Below, piece after piece: positions 50,001-63,890 of a stretch of DNA of 64,000 bases. Each line of letters starts with the position of its first letter. Position 1 is the first letter of the stretch. Source of the stretch: Acanthaster planci (lineage: Eukaryota); the NCBI RefSeq assembly GCF_001949145.1, contig NW_019091357.1, forward strand, positions 2,453,920 through 2,517,919, given 5' to 3'. Below the pieces are notes generated by a model. The model had not been told where the DNA came from. It searched no databases and saw only the letters and a program-made list of their open reading frames with translations. Position numbers and translations under genes: made by a program.

Positions 50001-50275
50001 NNNNNNNNNNNNNNNNNNNNNNNNNNNNNNNNNNNNNNNNNNNNNNNNNNNNNNNNNNNNNNNNNNNNNNNNNNNNNNNNNNNNNNNNNNNNNNNNNNNN
50101 NNNNNNNNNNNNNNNNNNNNNNNNNNNNNNNNNNNNNNNNNNAAGTACATGTACGTAACACCCGTAAATGGTAATGTCAACAGACAAGCAACCTCGTCGG
50201 AAGAACAGAGAACTGAATTTTATTTAAGAGTCACCGGTGCATATCTCCCCGTCGGCTGCACCATTCGGCGACGTG

Positions 50276-50540
50276 ATGGGAAAAAATCGCTCTGCCCGGC
50301 GTAGGCTCAAGCGAGGCAAGGATCCGGCCAGTGTTGCAGCGGCTGGTCTCGCTTACGAGCCGCCGGACGGGGGTTGGGGCTGGCTGGTCGCCGTCGGCTC
50401 CTTCACCGAGATGTTCCTGACGATGGGAACGCTGCTGTGCAGCGGCGTCTACTTCACGCCGGTACAGGAAGAGTTCGAGGTCAGCAGCGCCGAACTAGGA
50501 TGGATCATAAGTTCCGGCTCCACTTTGCTTTCAGCAACAT
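50276..50540 (+). CDS. Duplicate copy of MCT exon 1 (probable uncollapsed haplotype)
   Basis: 50146-51361 is repeated at 51363-~52630, separated by a single N at 51362; the copies differ by a few SNPs and indels. Confidence 0.6.
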
Positions 50541-51495
50541 GTGAGTCCAGTCTTCATGTTCATCCATTTTATACATTTGAACGCTTGCCCAAAGAAGAAA
50601 GGCAAACATTACAACATTGGGAAAAACCTGTGGCCGTTTTTTTTTCAGCTCCACTCCCCCGTACTGATTCCCGCATCGTCACCTCTTAGGGTCAAATCCC
50701 ACTCCCAGGGAGGTCAAGGCGATATGTGGGTGGTGACGACAGAAATTTATTTTGTCTTCATATTGGCTGGTGCCAGACGCAACAAAAGTGCACACCATGC
50801 GGCGTGGCACTAATTGATTCATGGAAAAATTCGCAGCTGATGAACTCCATTACAAATCAGGCAACTCAAGCGTTCTGTTTACTCACACACGGTCACAGTT
50901 CCTGTTCCCTGACTTTGAATTGTAATAGTTGCAACAGTGCAAAGTGTAGCAAGAGCAATAATTAAGCCGCGACTATAGATAAAGACCCAGAAAAATCAAA
51001 CACGCGAAGTCGACGGTGTTTTACTGTGCCAATAGCATTTTCTTAGACAAAGCGAGGTAGTCTAACCATTGCCCTGATTAAAACTAAGGTGCTGATTAAG
51101 TTTTACTTCATGTTTTAGGCGTTTAATACTTTCTAGGCGTGAGTTAACTTAAGCCAACAATGCAGTTGTGGCTACTGTCGGTTTCCCTCGAGCCCTGGTC
51201 TCACTTAACGATGAAGGAAAATAATGTGACATTTGGTTGTCATCACTGCTTGGTGGTTGTTTTTTTTTTGGGGGGGGGAGGCGAGAAGGATTGAGGAAGG
51301 ACGTGTGGAAATGGATACCATTCCACGCCCTCCCAACAACTGACTTGTTTTTTTTTGGGGGNATGTACATGTACGGAACACCCGTAAATGGTAATGTCAA
51401 CTGACAGGCAACCTCGTCGGAAGAACAGAGAACTGAATTTTATTTAAGAGTCACCGGTGCATATCTCCCCGTCGGCTGCACCATTCGGCGACGTG

Positions 51496-54400
51496 ATGGG
51501 AAAAAATCGCTCTGCCTGGCGTAGGCTCAAGCGAGGCAAGGATCCGGCCAGTGTTGCAGCGGCTGGTCTCGCTTACGAGCCGCCGGACGGGGGTTGGGGC
51601 TGGCTGGTCGCCGTCGGCTCCTTCACCGAGATGTTCCTGACGATGGGAACGCTGCTGTGTAGCGGCGTCTACTTCACGCCGGTACAGGAAGAGTTCGAGG
51701 TCAGCAGTGCCGAACTAGGATGGATCATAAGTTCCGGCTCCACTTTGCTTTCAGCAACATGTGAGTCCAGTCTTCATATAAAAATTCTTTCCTCCTCCAC
51801 ACTGAATTTCTGTTCATGTTCATCCATTTTATACATTTGAACGCTTGCCCAAAGAAGAAAGGCAAACATTACAACATTGGGAAAAACCTGTGGCCGTTTT
51901 TTTTTCAGCTCCACTCCCCCGTACTGATTCCCGCATCGTCACCTCTTAGGGTCAAATCCCACTCCCAGGGAGGTCAAGGCGATATGTGGGTGGTGACGAC
52001 AGAAATTTATTTTGTCTTCACATTGGCTGGTGCCAGACGCAACAAAAGTGCACACCATGCGGCGTGGCACTAATTGATTCATGGAAAAATTCGCAGCTGA
52101 TGAACTCCATTACAAATCAGGCAACTCAAGCGTTCTGTTTACTCACACACGGTCACAGTTCCCTGACTTTGAATTGTAATAGTTGCAACAGTGTAAAGTG
52201 TAGCAAGAGCAATAATTAAGCCGCGACTATAGTTAAAGACCAAGAAAAATCAAACACGCGAAGTCGACGGTGTTTTACTGTGCCAATAGCATTTTCTTAG
52301 ACAAAGCGAGGTAGTCTAACCATTGCCCTGATTAAAACTAAGGTACTGATTAAGTTTTACTTCATGCTTTAGGCGTTTAATACTTTCTAGGCGTGAGTTA
52401 ACTTAAGCCAACAATGCAGTTGTGGCTACTGTCGGTTTCCCTCGAGCCCTGCGTTGGGCACGTGGTCTCACTTAACGATGAAGGAAAAGAATGTGTCATT
52501 TGGTTGTCATCACTGCTTGGTGGTTGTTTTTTTTTGGGGGGGGGAGGCGAGAAGGATTGAGGAAGGACGTGTGGAAATGGATACCATTCCGCGTCCTCCC
52601 GACAACTGACTTGTTTTTTTTTTGGGGGGGGGGGTGTCTGCACGCAGGCCCGATCGGCAGCGCCTGCGTCAAGAGGTTCGGTTGCCGAGTGACGTCGCTG
52701 ATTGGCGGGTCGGCTGTGGCCTGTGGGTTCATCGCCAGTTCCTTCGCTGGGTCCAGCATCCACATTTTCATCACGCTGGGTCTGATTGCAGGTATGTTGA
52801 GTTTTTTTTTTCCTTGTGTTCCCTTGGCCCACAGTCGCATGTTTTCATATCCCCAAAGTAAAAGAAAATTTCCAAAGGTTTTCACTAAGTCTTCATTTTC
52901 CAGCTTGTTACTTACACTCAAAATTCAACTTTTAAGCCCATTTTTTTTTTGGAAGTTCGGCTTCAGAGTAGTCCGTATTTGGACAAATCCAAACCACCAG
53001 TATTTTTATGTTTTGTCAACTGCACAGCTATCTCGTTGTCTTCTGACCTCACGTGGAAAATGTTTGGTTCTGCCCCGCTTTCCGGTGGTGACTACATGTA
53101 TACTCAGCGACTTGAACAAGGCCCAGGCCACCAGTCAAAATGTTTGGTGACCTTCGGTATCATAAAATCAACCCTTGAACTATGGATTGCTATTTAGGTC
53201 GACAGTCGGCGACAGCGTTGCTTAGCAGGAGTCATACATTGTGCACGCCTGCAGTATGTGTGTGTTACTAACAAAAACTATATCATCGCTGATATTCTAT
53301 ATGCAAATTTGTAAGGGTCACATGTAGCCTACATCACGAGTCTGGGCAAAATGTCTGGCAACTGCGAGAGTCCCTGGAATGTCGATCGTATCGGGGCTCA
53401 TTAGCCGCCGAGGGTTACGCATGATGTAAGGTTTACAATAAAACGTAGTCATGTATGCTGTGCTCCAGAGGACGTGACCAGACAGCAAAACGTATTCCAC
53501 TCTGACTGCAAAAACTCGGACCGTCTCCTTTTTCTGGCACCTGGATTCCCACACAGTCAATCCCTTTATGATATCACTCTGATCGTAAATATTAGCAGGC
53601 CCGCTGGACCCGTGATAGATATTTGGGGGTTTTAAAAACGGTGAAGAGTCGAAGGACCATTTCCGTAAAGGAGACACAACGATTTTATAAAAACAAACAA
53701 AAGTTGACGTCATGGGTGAAGTGAAACGTGAAATCAATGTTTTGTAGGTGTGTTGGTTCAACACATTGAAATATCCACTCGTTCATAAGGCGTTTTGGTT
53801 TTATTAGACGCACATGGGCTTGAATTTGGCCGATTACGAGAACGATAGAGTTGCCATGGTGCATGGCTTGCCCACGCCACTCACTTGAGGTTAAGTGACC
53901 AGTCTGTGAGCGCAGTAAGCAAAGCCAGTTTTCTGTTGACCCGTACCGAACTTCGTTCCCCTTCCGCAGGCATTGGCTCCGGACTCGTGTTTGTTTCGGC
54001 AACGGTCATTCTCGGCCACTACTTCAAGAGGCGCTACGCCATCGTCAATGGGCTGGCCTTCACCGGCCCCGGCATCGCCATCTTCGTGTTGCCGCCGTTG
54101 CTGGACTACCTCATCAAAAACTACGGATGGAGGGGCTCGCTCCTGATACAAGGCGCCATCGGGATGCACACCGTGGCGGCGGCGGCGCTGTTTCGACCGC
54201 TGCCCAGTGAGCTGTGTTATCGTAGCCACAGGAAGACTGGCTCCAAACGCAGCAACCTGACGGCGGCGAGCTATTCGCGTATTGAAATGGAGGAATTTGA
54301 AACTGGGTGCTCGGAGAGGGACGAGACTAAATCGGCAATTGATGAAAATGGCAACAGGAGGGACGATGATTTGCTAAAGGAAGGGGTGACGGAAAGCCAC

Positions 54401-55651
54401 GTTGATTCTACTGCGAGTATAACATCGGACAAGGAAATGAATTTATCAAAATGGAGAGGTTCTTCCTCGAGTATTTGCCAATCTCCGAGTGCCGAAATCG
54501 GGCAAGTCCGGGATCCGGTGCCAGCAGATCACATGGCGTTCGACAGTGAATCGGGAGCAGACGCTTCGGAAAGTAATGAGGAAAGCGTGGACCAATCAGA
54601 CGCGGCTTGCAACGGCAGCGACCAATCGAAACGCGTCAGGCGTTCTTCGTCAGACAGGCTGAGCTTCCGGAACAACTGTTGGCCTCTGTACGCGGCGGCG
54701 TTCGTGCTGGTCTGCCCAGTCAGCTTCTTCCAAGCCTGTGCCTTCTACTCAGTTACTATCCACTTGGTCGCCCGCACGGGCCTAGTGGGCGTGTCGGCCC
54801 ACTTGGCCGGTATGTCGCTGTCGGCCCTGGGCGCGGGGTCCTCGTTCACCAGACTGGCCCACGGCTGGTTCATCCACCGCGGCCTGGTCTCCGCCATCAC
54901 GGCCTACATTATCGCCCTAATCGTAGGGGTGATTGGCGCATTCGGCAACGCCGTGTCTCGGACCTACGTCGGCGTGATGATAGCGTGCCTTGTCATCGGT
55001 TTCTCCTCAGGTTCCGTGTACCCGCTCGTCCCAGTAGTACTGCGAGATTTGGTTAGTCTCAGGGGACTGCCTACAACCTATGGATTAGCAATGTTCTTTG
55101 ACAGCTGTGGAGTATTTGCTGGCGGCTTCACGGCAGGTTAGTTGTTTTCCGAGCTGAGAGTTGCGACATGAGTATCTCAATAGTGGGAACCAAAATGGTG
55201 GATCATGCGTCGGTGCACGCAAAATTAACAACCATTTTGGTTCCAGCGTCTGAAGTTGGCGCTTCTCTCTCTATAAACAGCTGTGGTTCTTTTCATTGAT
55301 TAACACCAGTCTTTAAAACTTGAAATGATTTAAAAATTTAAGGATTCTTGCATTTAAACCTCCCTTTGGCTTATGGCTGGAATACTTTCAGGGGATTGCG
55401 GCAAAGTGCTCTTTCAACCTCTCTTTGACAAGTATTGAAACCATTTTTCCTATCGTGCTGCAGGGCTTTTGCGTGACGTCACAGGCACCTACACGGCATC
55501 CTTTTGTACCACTGGAGTATATTACTCCATAGCTACATTATTTTTAATCCTCGTCTTCTTCATCATGAGATTGCACCGTGGACGTGAGCAAGCGGAAGCT
55601 GAAGTGGTACCCAGTGAGCGGCTGGAGAATGGAGACTACCAGAACGTTTGA
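51496..55651 (+). CDS. Monocarboxylate transporter (SLC16/MCT family, MFS), ~587 aa
   Basis: Exons 51496-51760, 52648-52791, 53970-55136, 55464-55651 (sum 1764 nt, in frame). Family motifs PPDGGWGW, KRFGCR, YFKRRYAIVNG, YGWRGSLLI, and a large hydrophilic central loop. Confidence 0.93.
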
Positions 55652-58600
55652 CTTCCAGTCTGCAAGTAATGAACCTGAACAGTGGTGGTGGCGTGAGACT
55701 GAAGTATTGTAAAGAGAAGTATCGTGTCTAATGCTTACAAAGCGTGTTGCATTCGAAAAGAATGTCCAACTGTCATCTCTGCTTGTTTGTGGATTTCGTT
55801 GTTATATTTGCCGCACAAAGAACCATTTCTACGATGGAAGCTAGGTTTGGGATTATGTATTTCTTCACAATAGCTTACCGCACGAAATATATAAGTATTT
55901 TTCTTTCCTTGAAATGTTTCTGGCTTTAATTTGGCATTACCTTCGAAGTCTACTTTGCGAATATATGTATAACATGTTAAAACTTGGGGAACTAACACAG
56001 ATGTTACCTCAGTTTCTAGTGATGAGCGTTTATCTGTATACATTGAATGAAAAAAAACCTTATGCTAAAAGAGTGAATTTAACTGTATAGAATTAACACA
56101 TAAAGATTACGCGATAAAATATCAAACACGTATTTAAGTCAATGGATCGTGGTGGGCATTAAATGAATGCATGAATTATATTATCATGGTGATTAATTAT
56201 ATGACATGAGCTATTTATTTTGGCTTCCTTTGCAAGATTTGTACGTGTTTCCATCCGTTACTGTCCCTCACCTTTATGCTCTAAGCACCTCAGTTTCTTA
56301 CATCGTGTAGCAAGGCTTTGCTTTAGGTCAACGCGCACAATACAGTGGAACACTGTTACAGCAAGGTCCTTGAGACCTAACAAATTACCTTGTTATAATC
56401 GTTAGCTTATATTAATTAGCAGAAGTGGAGAACAAAGACTTGGGACCTAAAATTGACCTTGTTATAAACGTGACCTTGTATATTTAAAGTGGTCTGTGTT
56501 CGATCGTATACTGATTTTAAGGTAATACACGTGTCGTCACAGTTGAACCTCGTTAATTAATAAGATATCCTTTGAACTTTGCAGATTATGCAGATTACTT
56601 TGTTATAGCAGGAACCAGTCATTATGAGGAATAAAAACAATGAAGAACAAAGAATTGGGATCTAAAAATTTCCTTATGAGCAGAATATTGTATTAACAGG
56701 ACATATTCTTTGAGTTTTGGTGAGTTAGTCCTCAGTTCAGTCCTATCTGCTTCAGTTTACAGTGAAATACCGGGAATCCTTGGGGGAAATTGTTAGCAAA
56801 CGGGAGGGAAGCTTTTTTCTTGACTCGTAGTTGAATATTCAATTAATCAAGCAAGCAAAAAACAAAAGACAAAGTCAAAGATAAAAAAGGAACGAACGAA
56901 CAAAACGAAGTAAAACTAAACAAAAACGAAAGTAACCAACAGGGCACCAGTGCATTCCCTTACGCTAACAGGAACCTAGGGGGCCTCCGCTTACAGGCCT
57001 AAGGCCTACATATGTACATTCTTAGCACTTTATAACCTGATGAACTTGACAAAGAAGGTAAATAATCCATCAACGGAAATCACTTGAAACATTTTTGCAG
57101 AAAGGCAAATTAGGAGCAGCTTCTCACAAGCTACAGGAAACCAAATCATCCGGCATTTCCCTTGGGCAGAAGAGAGGGACCTCGATTTTTCACCAGCCAA
57201 GTTTTGGGCTCTCAACTAACCATGGCAACGGGGTTATTTCATCATACGTTTGCACAGAGAGTGGATTTTCGTTTCATACGGCTAACAGTGCTCTGTAGTC
57301 GGCACTTTAATTCATGCTGTGCAGAGAAAAAGAGTTGGACTGATTGTTACACACCCTGGTTCTAAAACACGCTATTGTACACGCCTTATCTTAAACACGG
57401 TTTAAAGTACCATGCAGATTTCTGGGCTACATCAACTTAAACCCTGAGCACATTCAAAGGTCAGCTGAGCCGCCGTCCTTATTTTTGTTGTTGAAACACA
57501 CGCAGATTTCCGTAGAAAGGTGTACACAACAACTGTCACAAAATCTGTGAGTTTTAGTGACACAGGTGCATAAAAATCAACATCAAAACTTACTTGGAAA
57601 ACCCGTGGTGGAGTGTGGACAGCACAGAGTGAAACCTACCCGTATAAGCCGATGATTTTGAACTGCCGCGCCCTTTCATTTGAAAAGGACGACCCGGCTC
57701 TAATTAATGCAAAATATCAGTGCGCCCATATGCAAAGTAGTCCCCCTTGAGTGATGTGGTCGGTGTTCCCGAATAAGCCTTATGCGAGTTCTTTAAATTT
57801 ACGTGAACACAACAACTTGAATTCTCCATACTAAAACCACTGTTGCTATACCTCGTGATTCGGGGCAAGCTTTTGCTTAGTTATGTAAGAGACGTGTGAG
57901 TCATTCGGCTGAGCTTGGTAACAAAATAATGGTTTTACCTCTACATTCATAGGCTCACCTTTCTGTGCATTCTGTAAATTTATTGCGTGTCTGTTTTCCT
58001 ATCCTTGAACCACCCTGCCACATTCATTATGAAAACGCAGCTTGTATCGGCGAACCACGAGAATTTTTTGAGTCGGCATTTCATTTCAGCCACCTTTTGA
58101 GTTGTTCCAAGCAAGGAAAGCAGTAGTTGAAGCAATCTTATCAACACGCTTCATGTACGCTGGCCGAAGTTCGAGAATCACGCTGGCCTAATCAGTTGAA
58201 AACCCAGGCGTGCATAATTTCGCGCGCGAGCTGAGCATGCCGTTAACCTCGAAGATCGTAGCAGTCGTGTCTTTACCCGCACGTCGTTTACTTCAGCTCT
58301 CGGCAACTGAAGTGGAAGCTTCAGGAATGATTGCGCCCTCAATCGGCCGCCGTGTCCCAGTGACTTCCAGTTTATCTACTCACCTTGTTATTGAGAGAAT
58401 TTCCTCTCAGGACGAGATGAGAGATCCAATCGACCAGCTTTCTGTATCCAGATTGACGTTTTCTTCCTCTGGAGCGTGTCCAAATTTGATGCTTGCAGCT
58501 TTTAATTGGCTGCAAATTTTGAACCTGCCGTTCCCAAATACTCAAAGTGTATTGCCAATACATGTAGGCCTACATGCATTCATTTAAATCACCGTGATTA

Positions 58601-58654
58601 ATTCAAAAAGACCAAGCAACAACCGAACTTAATACGGGCGATTTACAATACATG

Positions 58655-58794
58655 TAGTGCGCCTCCAAGAGTTTGCAAAGCGTTCGTCAATCACAATGCG
58701 CGAAATCTGTCGACCCAGTGCGTGTCTGGAAAGGGTCAACAGATTTCGCGCGATGTGATTGGCTAACGCGTTGCAAACTCTTGGAGGCGCACTA
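58655..58794. repeat. 140-bp near-perfect palindrome (hairpin MITE)
   Basis: tagtgcgcctccaagagtttgcaa...cgcgaaatctgt / acagatttcgcg...ttgcaaactcttggaggcgcacta. Confidence 0.85.
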
Positions 58795-59369
58795 TTGTAT
58801 TATCTGCTTAACCTGTAATACTGAATACCAGAAGGAGATAAATAAGCAAAAGTTGGAACTGCATTGTGTTGTTTATTAATTTTGTCCTTAGCTGAAGCAG
58901 ATCAAGTTGTTCTTTCTACACTCTGGGAGCAGGCGCACTGGGCGTGGGTGTTTCATTGCCTGTACTCAAGCATTTTCATAAATGCTTCATTTTTAATCCA
59001 ATCAATTGCGCGAGCCACAATCACGTGTGTCTTTTTTCTTTTTATTGCTGAACAATATTGTTTATAAATAGTAACTAGGTACTAATAAAATTTGAAAGAG
59101 CGGCCACAATGGAGCGTACGGTCCAGCCCACCAAAGGCAATTTGATAAGAACATGTAATAGCATTGCTTAAAAAGTTATTCTCATTAAAAAAAAAACACT
59201 CTTAAAACTATTTACAATGCATAAAGTAAGCTAAAACTTTTCAGTAAAAATGAAGACTGTCTTTGCACATGGGTCAAGCTTTTGGCAGAAAAATGCCAAC
59301 AACACAGGAAAGGAATACACCATGCTTTAACACAACACAAGTGTTTATCTCATGAGATGTACAGGCGTC

Positions 59370-59735
59370 AATAAGCCATTTGCGAGTTAAATTTGAATAA
59401 AAACTGGTACACTGAGTTCTTTAAATTCACGTGAACATAACAACTTGAATTCTCCATACTAAAACAACTGTTGCTATACCTCGTGATTCGGGGCAAGCTT
59501 TTGCTTACTTACGTAAGAGACGCCTTGCAACAATACACTGTTCTCCACGGATAAGAACGGCACAAAGGAACCAGTCCATTCCAGAGATGGTGGTCACTGT
59601 GCAAAAGCTTGCCCCGAATCACGAGGTATAGCAACGGTGTCTTTAGTCTGGGGAATTCAAATTGTTACGTTTCTATGCAATCAGATAACACAGTGTACCA
59701 TATTTGATTCAAATTAAACTCGCAAGTGGCTTATT
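59370..59735. mobile_element. MITE with long (~135-bp) imperfect TIRs
   Basis: aataagccatttgcgagtt...cctcgtgattcggggcaagcttttgc / gcaaaagcttgccccgaatcacgagg...actcgcaagtggcttatt. Related copies at 41977-42283, ~30490-30630 and ~57772-57880. Confidence 0.8.
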
Positions 59736-59841
59736 TAAAGAATACATGTACACGTAGTTGATTCAACCTGGAATTTCAGTCAGAATCTTCACTACCATTT
59801 CACAGAACCACCAACAAGGCTCCAGTTATGCTTGCGGTGGT

Positions 59842-62800
59842 TCATAACTTGGTTAGCTGGATCTGTGTGGAGTTTTTAGGGGTGGGCACCATGTAACCGT
59901 CCTCCGCCACCTCGCAGGCGTCTGAAGACGCCTGGGCGGGCGATACCCTTCCGCCGGTGAAAGTAGCCCTGCTGCTGTCGGGGTAGATGGATAAGTACGA
60001 CCGGTCGGTATTCCTCCGCGACAGCCCGTCCACACTCTGATAGTCGTGATCCGTCTTCGTCGTCTTCACGCTGGCGTTTCTCGACACGGACTGGCCACCG
60101 TCCTGCTCATCTGGCAGGCGGTGGATAGACATCGCCCTCGGGTCGTTGCGGATGGAGAGGTAGATGGGCTCGTCGAAGTCGGCCGTGTCGTAACCCGGGT
60201 CGTAGATGCCGGAGTCGGCCTGTCCGTCGTTTTCGTCGGCGATGGCGTAGGCGGCGTTTACGTGGGCGTTATTCTGTCGTCCGATTCTGCTGCGAACTTG
60301 TTTATAACTGAAATACAAATATTATTGATACAAGAAAGGAAAAAGAAAATGGAATATGGCTAAGACACTGGGTATGAATCTTCTACTGCCAAATAAATGG
60401 ATAGGATTTGTCTGCATACCTTGATGTAAACAGGACCGCTGCAGTCAAAAACAGGAGTAAGATAAGGATGATGCCCACAGCAATCGCTACTATGACAGCT
60501 GAAACAAACGAATTGCATTTAAATTAATTGATTGTGTTCTGCAGGGAACAACGTCAACAGGTGCATGATAGGAACGTTTTGCAGCCAATTAAATACATGT
60601 ACATGTATACAATGGTGGCCCCGACTGAACACGAAATCAGTGTCATTTTTCGCAATTTCTCACCTATGGATGGTGCTTCACCGGTGCCCCCACTGACCAC
60701 CGTAATCGATCTCGGCGTGGAGGGCGGCACGCCCTCAACGGTGGCAGTGTTCGGAAAAGTCGTGACAGCGTCGCTGCCATCGGTTTCAACAGTCCTGCTG
60801 ACGAGGGGCTTGGTTGTGCGCGTGATCGGCGACGTTATGAATTTCGGGGAGGAGGTTCTTGGGCGCCACGCGGTAGTTTCCCCTGTGGTTGGCGTTTGCG
60901 TTATCGTGGTGTCGGCTGGCAGTGCCGTCGTTACGTTTAATTGCATTGACGGATCTGTTGAAGACAAAAAGTGAATAACGTGAGAAAAAGAAATCACAGT
61001 TGGATGTGTTGAAACATGCATGTCCCAGCTTGAACCAACAATTACATGAAAGCGTTTTTAGTATATTCAACTCATGGGGTCGCAAGTAGGTTTAGGAGCG
61101 AGTCGAGCGCGACAAAGAGAGGGAGCAGCGGAGGTTCCTTTGGTAGGAACCTACAAAAATGAACACACCGACCAACATGGCTCTTTTTCAACCGGTGAGG
61201 GGGTGCTTCTGCTCAAGGTGGATAGCTCTTCAAAGATTGTTGTAATATTACACACAATCAATCGTCTGAAATCATTCTTACTCAATATGGGCGCAGGTGT
61301 ACCAGCCAGGACAACTTCATCACATGATTCAAATGTAATGAAGAAGAGTCGAAGAAGTTGTGTGTTTCCCGCTGCCTCTTAAAATATTTATGCTCCCATA
61401 GTATTCATTTTGGAGTGAAACACAGACGTAAGGCTCAAGTACCCACGACTCGTACGAGTTTGTCGGTTACCCGTTGTCCTTATCAGTTTTGACTTTTTGC
61501 CAAAGAAACGGGGTAAAATCCGGCTTACCCACGGGTGCTCCGGTCGACGAGGAAAATGTTATGACAACCCCTTGAGCTCCAAGCGAGGTCATTGTCGAGT
61601 TGAAAGTCACTTTGATTGTATTTCCGGTAAACGTGAATTCGAGTTGTGCTCCTAGGCTGTGACTGGTAGATTCGAATCGAACATTCAAAGGGGTCGGTCC
61701 TCCCGTGAAGGCTATGTACTCAGAGGCAGAGGGAGTTGCAAGACCGACTTTATCGCCTTGAGACAAGTCTAGCGCCACGACGTGCACGGTGATGTTGGCC
61801 GCGTTGGCAACTTGCACCGTCCACGTGCAGTGCTCGTCTTTGGAGTATTTGCCGGGAAACCCGGGCGAAGCTATGGCGCCCTCTTCTTCTGTGTAGACTT
61901 CAGTGCACGATCCAAGCCGACCTGTGCAAAAAGCAACATACACTGATGAGTTTCTGCAGCTGTTAGGCGAAGCGAACAAATTGAGAAGTTGCCGCTAAGA
62001 TCTGTTTCCTGAGACACCATGGCGAACATGTACATGCCTTAAAGAACATACCCAAGTCAGTTTCAGATTGACATTTCATTTGACATTTTAAGTTCCTTGA
62101 TTATTATTCCACCATCGGCTGAGAATATATTTCTAAGTCAGTGAGACTTACTGTCGTAAATCCCGACCGCCGTTCCCCCTCCGCAGATCTGAAGCCGGTC
62201 CCCTACGCAGGGCAAGAAGCAGTCCTCGTTGCCCAGTCTACGGGCCGCCAACGCCTCGATCCCCAGCGCCTCGCAGTAGCACTCCTGGCCGAACGCCAGG
62301 CCGGCGTGCGGGTAGCCCCGCTGTCGGCAGAGCGCCAGGCAAGACTGAATCGTCATGTTGGCGTGGGCGAAGACCGCCTCGTCCAGCAACGGGCTGCCTC
62401 TGGTGTGACGGTAGCAACCAAGGTAGCCGGGATCTGTGGAAGTTCCAATAATTGAAATCTGTTATTACTTCCTTCGCTAGATTTAAGAGTTATGTGTTTC
62501 GGTCTGACTCAGGATGAGATCAAGCTGACTTAAAGTAGGACTTTCGCCAATGCCATGTCTACATGACATCGGGAGCAACTGTGTCATTGGGGGAAAAAAA
62601 AACCTCTACAAACACTCCGACTTCCCCTAAGAAACCCCAGACTTTCCTGATGTCATATACATTGTAAAAAGGTTGGAAATAAAAAACAGTGTCTTAATGT
62701 CACTCCCTTTGACTTACAGTTGCAGATGACAATCGCGTGGTCCCAGCAAGTCGAGGCGTACTCGCACTGTACCGTCTCCTCGCCGTCTGCCGTGGTGAAC

Positions 62801-63890
62801 TGACACGTTAACGATGGCAGGGGTGTCACCACTACCCCGATGCTCGCTGTTGACCGAACCGCCATGGCGCCCTCATCGAATCCTTTCGATCGACAATGAA
62901 ACAGCTTGACTTCACGTTTACAAGTTTTGATCCCAGTAAAATCTGGTCTGTTTTCCTTACACATGTACATGTATTTTTTAGCAGTACATGCCGTAGTACA
63001 CGTGCCGTGTTTCTATCTCCTGACAACAGTTAGGGAACTGTAATTATCTGCACTTAGTTTGTAAACGGCACAAAATTCAGCTCTAACGTCGTACTCCTTG
63101 TGCACTTCAATTGGGGGAAAGTTGTAGGTGCACTTTAAGGCAAGGAGGGTCTCGAATTATGGGGAAATGTTGTAACTGTTGTTGCTTAGAGAGAAAGGCA
63201 AGTCAAGGGGCGGTTCGCACAACAGATGAACCTCCGAGTCGCCTTCCAGATCTGGGGCTTAGGTTCGATTCCCGGCTCGGTTCACATGTGGATTGGGTTT
63301 TCAGTCCTTACCTGATTCCCTGGGTTTTACCCAGAATATTCCTCTGGGGTTTTCCTCCCACCTCTAAAATTGTAACTGCTTTTCACTGTCTCCTCTCTAC
63401 AGGTTTCATCAGGCTTGCGAGCTACAGTGCCTAGGGCGCTTTCGGGGAATCCTTATAATACAAGTAGTGTAATTACCAGATATAATTATAAAAATATAGA
63501 AATACTAGTCATGACTTTACAGACTGAAGTGAATTTTAGGTTGTCTCTTAATGCCTTTTCGGTTAGGTAACTTTAACGAATTCGTTCCGAATACAACTAA
63601 TAGACCTTAATGACGTTAATTTGTACAGAACTTATTCTCAGGTGCCAACAAATAAAAGTTAACCTCGCTTTCAATTCAATATGGCCACCTTGTGAACGAG
63701 GGCAGGTTCACTTATAGAGCATTCACCGACCTGAACCGAAAACCTTTTTTTAACGCACCTCGTTTGTGACATACGATGTCGGCCATTCGGGAGTTGAAGC
63801 CTTCGTAACAAACTCTTTCCCAGCCGTTCGACGTGCTAACCTCCACAGCGCCGCCGAAGAGAATCCCACCTTCTGAGTACAAACGAACGG
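59842..63890 (-). CDS. 3' part of a type I receptor: SRCR-WSC-CUB-Thr-rich stalk-TM-Tyr-rich cytoplasmic tail (Kremen-like WSC-CUB pair); 5' end beyond the window
   Basis: Exons 63890-63759 (VRLYSEGGILFGGAVEV...WERVC...ADIVC, SRCR), 62882-62718 (rest of SRCR), 62433-62152 (YLGCY...MTIQSCLALC...GQECYC...CGG, WSC), 61921-61529 (GAIASPGFPGKYSKDEHCTWTV, CUB), 60954-60664 (Thr-rich), 60498-60420 (TM AVIVAIAVGIILILLLFLTAAVLF), 60307-59842 (tail, stop). Phases are consistent. Confidence 0.88.
63225..63470 (+). mobile_element. tRNA-derived SINE-like element in an SRCR intron
   Basis: B-box GGTTCGATTCC at ~63262, followed by cacatgtggattgggttttcag and gggtttt...ggttttcctcccac resembling the V-SINE core, then an AT-rich tail. 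Confidence 0.55.

Noticed and set aside
50146..52630. Tandem duplicated first exon of the MCT gene as alternative promoters or a real duplication
   Set aside because: The copies are near-identical and abut a single N at 51362, the typical signature of uncollapsed haplotypes.
63255..63280. tRNA gene suggested by GGTTCGATTCC
   Set aside because: No cloverleaf can be folded and the downstream sequence is SINE-like.
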